DNA of 64,000 nucleotides from Strigamia acuminata (Eukaryota): NCBI GenBank assembly GCA_949358305.1, contig OX442314.1, positions 8,184,001 to 8,248,000 of the forward strand, read 5' to 3'. Shown piece by piece: positions 60,738 to 64,000 of this stretch (position 1 is its first letter; each line of letters starts with the position of its first letter). The notes under the pieces were generated by a model. It saw only the letters and a program-made list of their open reading frames with translations, ran no database searches and was not told where the DNA came from. The position numbers and the translations under genes were made by a program.

Positions 60738-62011
60738 AGTAACACCACGAAGTAACATTTTAACAATTTTAAAAATTAATGTAATTATATTAAACAAAAT
60801 AAAAATTTAAAATGATAAGAATTTTGTTTTTCTCATTAATTCATTAATTTAGTGGCACACCGGGCACTACCCAAGTGGCATTTTCTCGCCTTTGTCGTCA
60901 TTTTCGTCATCACAGGTTTGGTCATGTGGTCCGACCGGTCTCTGCCTGGCGGCTTACCTGGGAAAAATTTTAAAAACGTTGAAAAATTTAAAATATTTGA
61001 GATAAATATAAAAAAAAGGTTGAAAAGGCATGACAAATTTTGACAAACACATTTCTACAAACACATCTCAATAGACAAATGGTTATTGGCAAAAAATAAT
61101 TATACACAATGAAAATAAACTCAGACTTTGTAATTCGACACAGACTAAAGTTCAAAAGTAACTGGTCAAATGGTTTTTTTCGTGTACATGTACGTGTAGT
61201 CCCGACCAGTCTCCACCTAGTGGCTACATAAGAAAGATTTTTAAAATGTCGGATTACCGGTATTTAAAAAAAAAATTTACATCATGGCGGATTGCATATA
61301 TTTGAAAAATTGAAAAACAAAGAGAATCCCATTGTGCATGCGCACCTTAAAAACTGAGCCATCTACTGGGAATCATTAAAAACGCCGGTTGACAGTAACA
61401 CAATTAAATATTATCACATGCCAACCAATCATTTTATAACATTCATTAAATTTATGACAAACTACATTGCATCATGGATACAAAAGAACAATAGAAAAAT
61501 AGTTCAAAAACGAAAAAAAATATTTTAAAAAAACTACAGTACGTTTTTTAGGTAAAGGCTTTTTATTTTTCAAATTTGATAAATTGCCGCCAGATTGCGC
61601 TAGTATGCCATGACGGCACCAAAAATCGCACAAAAATAAACTTCTCACCATTAACATGCAAAAACAAAATGTATGGGCATGTTGGGAATTATATTTTTTA
61701 AAGGATTAGCCTGGTTTCAGAATTTATTGACTATTTTATATTGAAAAACGAAGTGGATTTAAAGTTAACCCTGGCAATCTGGCATCCATTTTTGTTTAAT
61801 TATTTAAGTGGTGGTGCTGGAAGTTGAAAAAAACATACACTCACACTGTTAAAATATGTTGTTATAATTCCATCATCCACCGCTAGCATGGTCCTTGGAT
61901 AGAATGGTCACTCAACTCCCATTCCGGAAGTACTAGTAACTAATTCCACCACCCAGTGGCGCTGTGCATAGTTTTTGATGGAAAGTTCTATGGTATGTCT
62001 ATGGTATAGCA

Positions 62012-62737
62012 TGTAAATAATGAGGGTTTATGTGCTAAGCTTATATACATTATTTTAAGATAAAAACACAAAGAAATTAGAAAAAATTGCTTTAAAATTA
62101 TATTTAAGACTTTAATTAATGCTTTGTTTAACACTTTATTGTAAATTAGCTTTTTCCCTGCAGTCTTTACTTTTACCTTTAGACTTTATATTATTATTAA
62201 AGGCTCTAGTAAAGAAATGCAGTCTGCAAGTTACATAAAAATAAATAGTTTGTGAAGTTAAATGTGGCAAATGATTTAAATCTGGACATCCAATTTTAAA
62301 ATTTGGCAGATTATTATTGTTAATAATTTCATTACTAATTTTACTAAAAATATTATCAGTTGAGAAATCTTATTAAATTACTTTCATTTGTAGAAAATGC
62401 TATTGAAAATAATTTAAAAGATTTCTCAACTGGTAATATTTTTAGTAAAATTAGTAATGAAATTTTAAAATTGGATGTCCAAATTTAAATCATTCGTCAC
62501 ATTTAACTTGACAAACTATTTATTTTTATGTAACTTGCAGACTGCATTTCTTTACTAGAGCCTTTAATAATAATGTCTTGTAAATAATGAGAGTTTATGT
62601 GCTATACACATTATTTTAAGATAAAAACACAAAGAAATTAGAAAAAATTGCTTTAAAATTATATTTAAGACTTTATTTAATGCTGCAGGGAAAAAGCTAA
62701 TTTACAATAAAGTGTTAAACAAAGCATTAAATAAAGT
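62012..62737. repeat. Complex foldback: ~385-bp palindrome (62190-62574) with flanking direct and inverted repeats
   Basis: ATTATTATTAAAGGCTCTAGTAAAGAAATGCAGTCTGCAAGTTAC... pairs with ...GTAACTTGCAGACTGCATTTCTTTACTAGAGCCTTTAATAATAAT; 62012-62122 recurs directly at ~62579-62683; 62107-62163 recurs inverted at ~62683-62737. Confidence 0.9.
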
Positions 62738-64000
62738 AGCAAAGAAGCAGAGTTCCATTTGGCATCCGAATTTCGCTAGAGCGAATTAAGCCGTCTGGTC
62801 CTTCCTTCACGGAGGTGATGTGGCCCAGCTTCCCCGTCATTCTAGGTTTATTCTCGTCTTCAATGATGACAACGTCGCCAACATTAAATTTCGTGCGGCT
62901 TGTAGTTCCTTGATGTTGTCGGAGTTCGATCAGGTATTCTTTGGTCCAACGATCCCAAAAACGACCAAGGAGTGTTTGACAATGTTTCCACGCTCTTAAA
63001 ATGGTTTCCTTCGACCCCGTACCAGTGGAATACTTCGGTGCAATCGGCAAAAACGAAATTCGTCTTCCCAGCAAAAAATGAGAAGGGGAAAGGGGTAATT
63101 GCTCACTAGGATTATCATATAAATATGTTAAAGGTCTGGAATTTATAACTTCTGCCAAAATCGTAACGAGTCCTTCGTAATCAAGTGAGTTCTTTCGGAT
63201 GGTTTTTTTCAATGTCAATTTTACAGAGCGCATTATTCGTTCTCAGAAACCGCCCCACCAAGGCGCGGTCTCCACAATGTATTTCCATTTAATTTGTTTC
63301 TCTGTAACAAATCCCTGGAATTGGTCTTCCAGCAAACATTTCAAAAATAAATTAAGTTCTTCATCTGCTCGTATAAATGTCTTCGCATTATCGGAATACA
63401 TTGTTTTCGGAATCCCTCGCCTACAAATGAAACGCTTCATTGCATCTATGAAACGCTCAGTTGACAAATTTGAAACTAGCTCGAGGTGGACCGCTCTCGT
63501 GACTGCACATGTGAACAACGCAATATATGTTTTTGCCCCTAACTTGGTGAAGAGAGGCCCGGCAATGTCTATACCACAAACTTCAAAAGGTTCACAAGGT
63601 GTAATTCAATCCACAGGCAGCAAACCCCCACTTTTCTTTAGCCAAACGCCCCTGTACTTTCCTGCACTGCACACATTTGTTGATTACGCTCTGGATGGTT
63701 TTCAGTGCTCGTGGTATCCAAAACTGTTCGCGAAAACTGGCTAGTGTGTCGGCCAGTCCACCGTGGAGTAATCTGTCGTGTTCACCACGTATGATTAGTT
63801 TGGTAATCGGGTGCGAATGAGGAAGAATACAGGGTTCTCGAACATCTCAAGGCACGTCTGCCAGTTGCCATCTGTGGGTTGCTCGAATTATTTCGTTGTC
63901 ATCTAAAACAGGTGTAAGTTTGTATATTAGTGAGGTTTTTTGCAACAGTTTTTTGTTTTGTAATTGTCTAATTTCATCTCCGAAGTTGGTCTGCTGCAAG
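62727..64000 (-). mobile_element. Decayed BEL/Pao LTR retrotransposon integrase and C-terminal domain (continues beyond the window)
   Basis: GIDIAGPL, FTCAVTRAVHLELV, YSDNAKTF, APWWGGF*ER (in-frame stop), INSRPL, FWDRWTKEYL; frameshifts upstream. Confidence 0.93.

Overview
AT-rich animal (probably arthropod) nuclear DNA, not prokaryotic. 1-32 kb has no recognisable protein-coding gene. It alternates motif-rich GC islands (NRF1/Ewg, E-box, YY1 and CTCF-like sites) with AT minisatellites whose units are multiples of about 10.3 bp, plus MITEs and a tandem pair of degenerate 28S rRNA fragments. 32.8-37.2 kb holds an initiator tRNA-Met and a cluster of two-exon secreted CSalpha-beta (defensin/short-toxin-like) peptide genes and pseudogenes that the ORF track misses; another, anionic, paralogue is at 60.5 kb. 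Legumain (-) and TDP1 (+) sit head-to-head at 37.3-46.3 kb. A young, intact 12.5 kb Ty3/Gypsy LTR retrotransposon (47498-60046, -) has a -1 frameshift signal, an AT-hook-rich insert between RNase H and integrase, and a 668 aa non-env third ORF with a CxxCxGxG zinc finger. The window ends in a large palindrome and a decayed BEL/Pao integrase. All calls were made by eye, without database searches.
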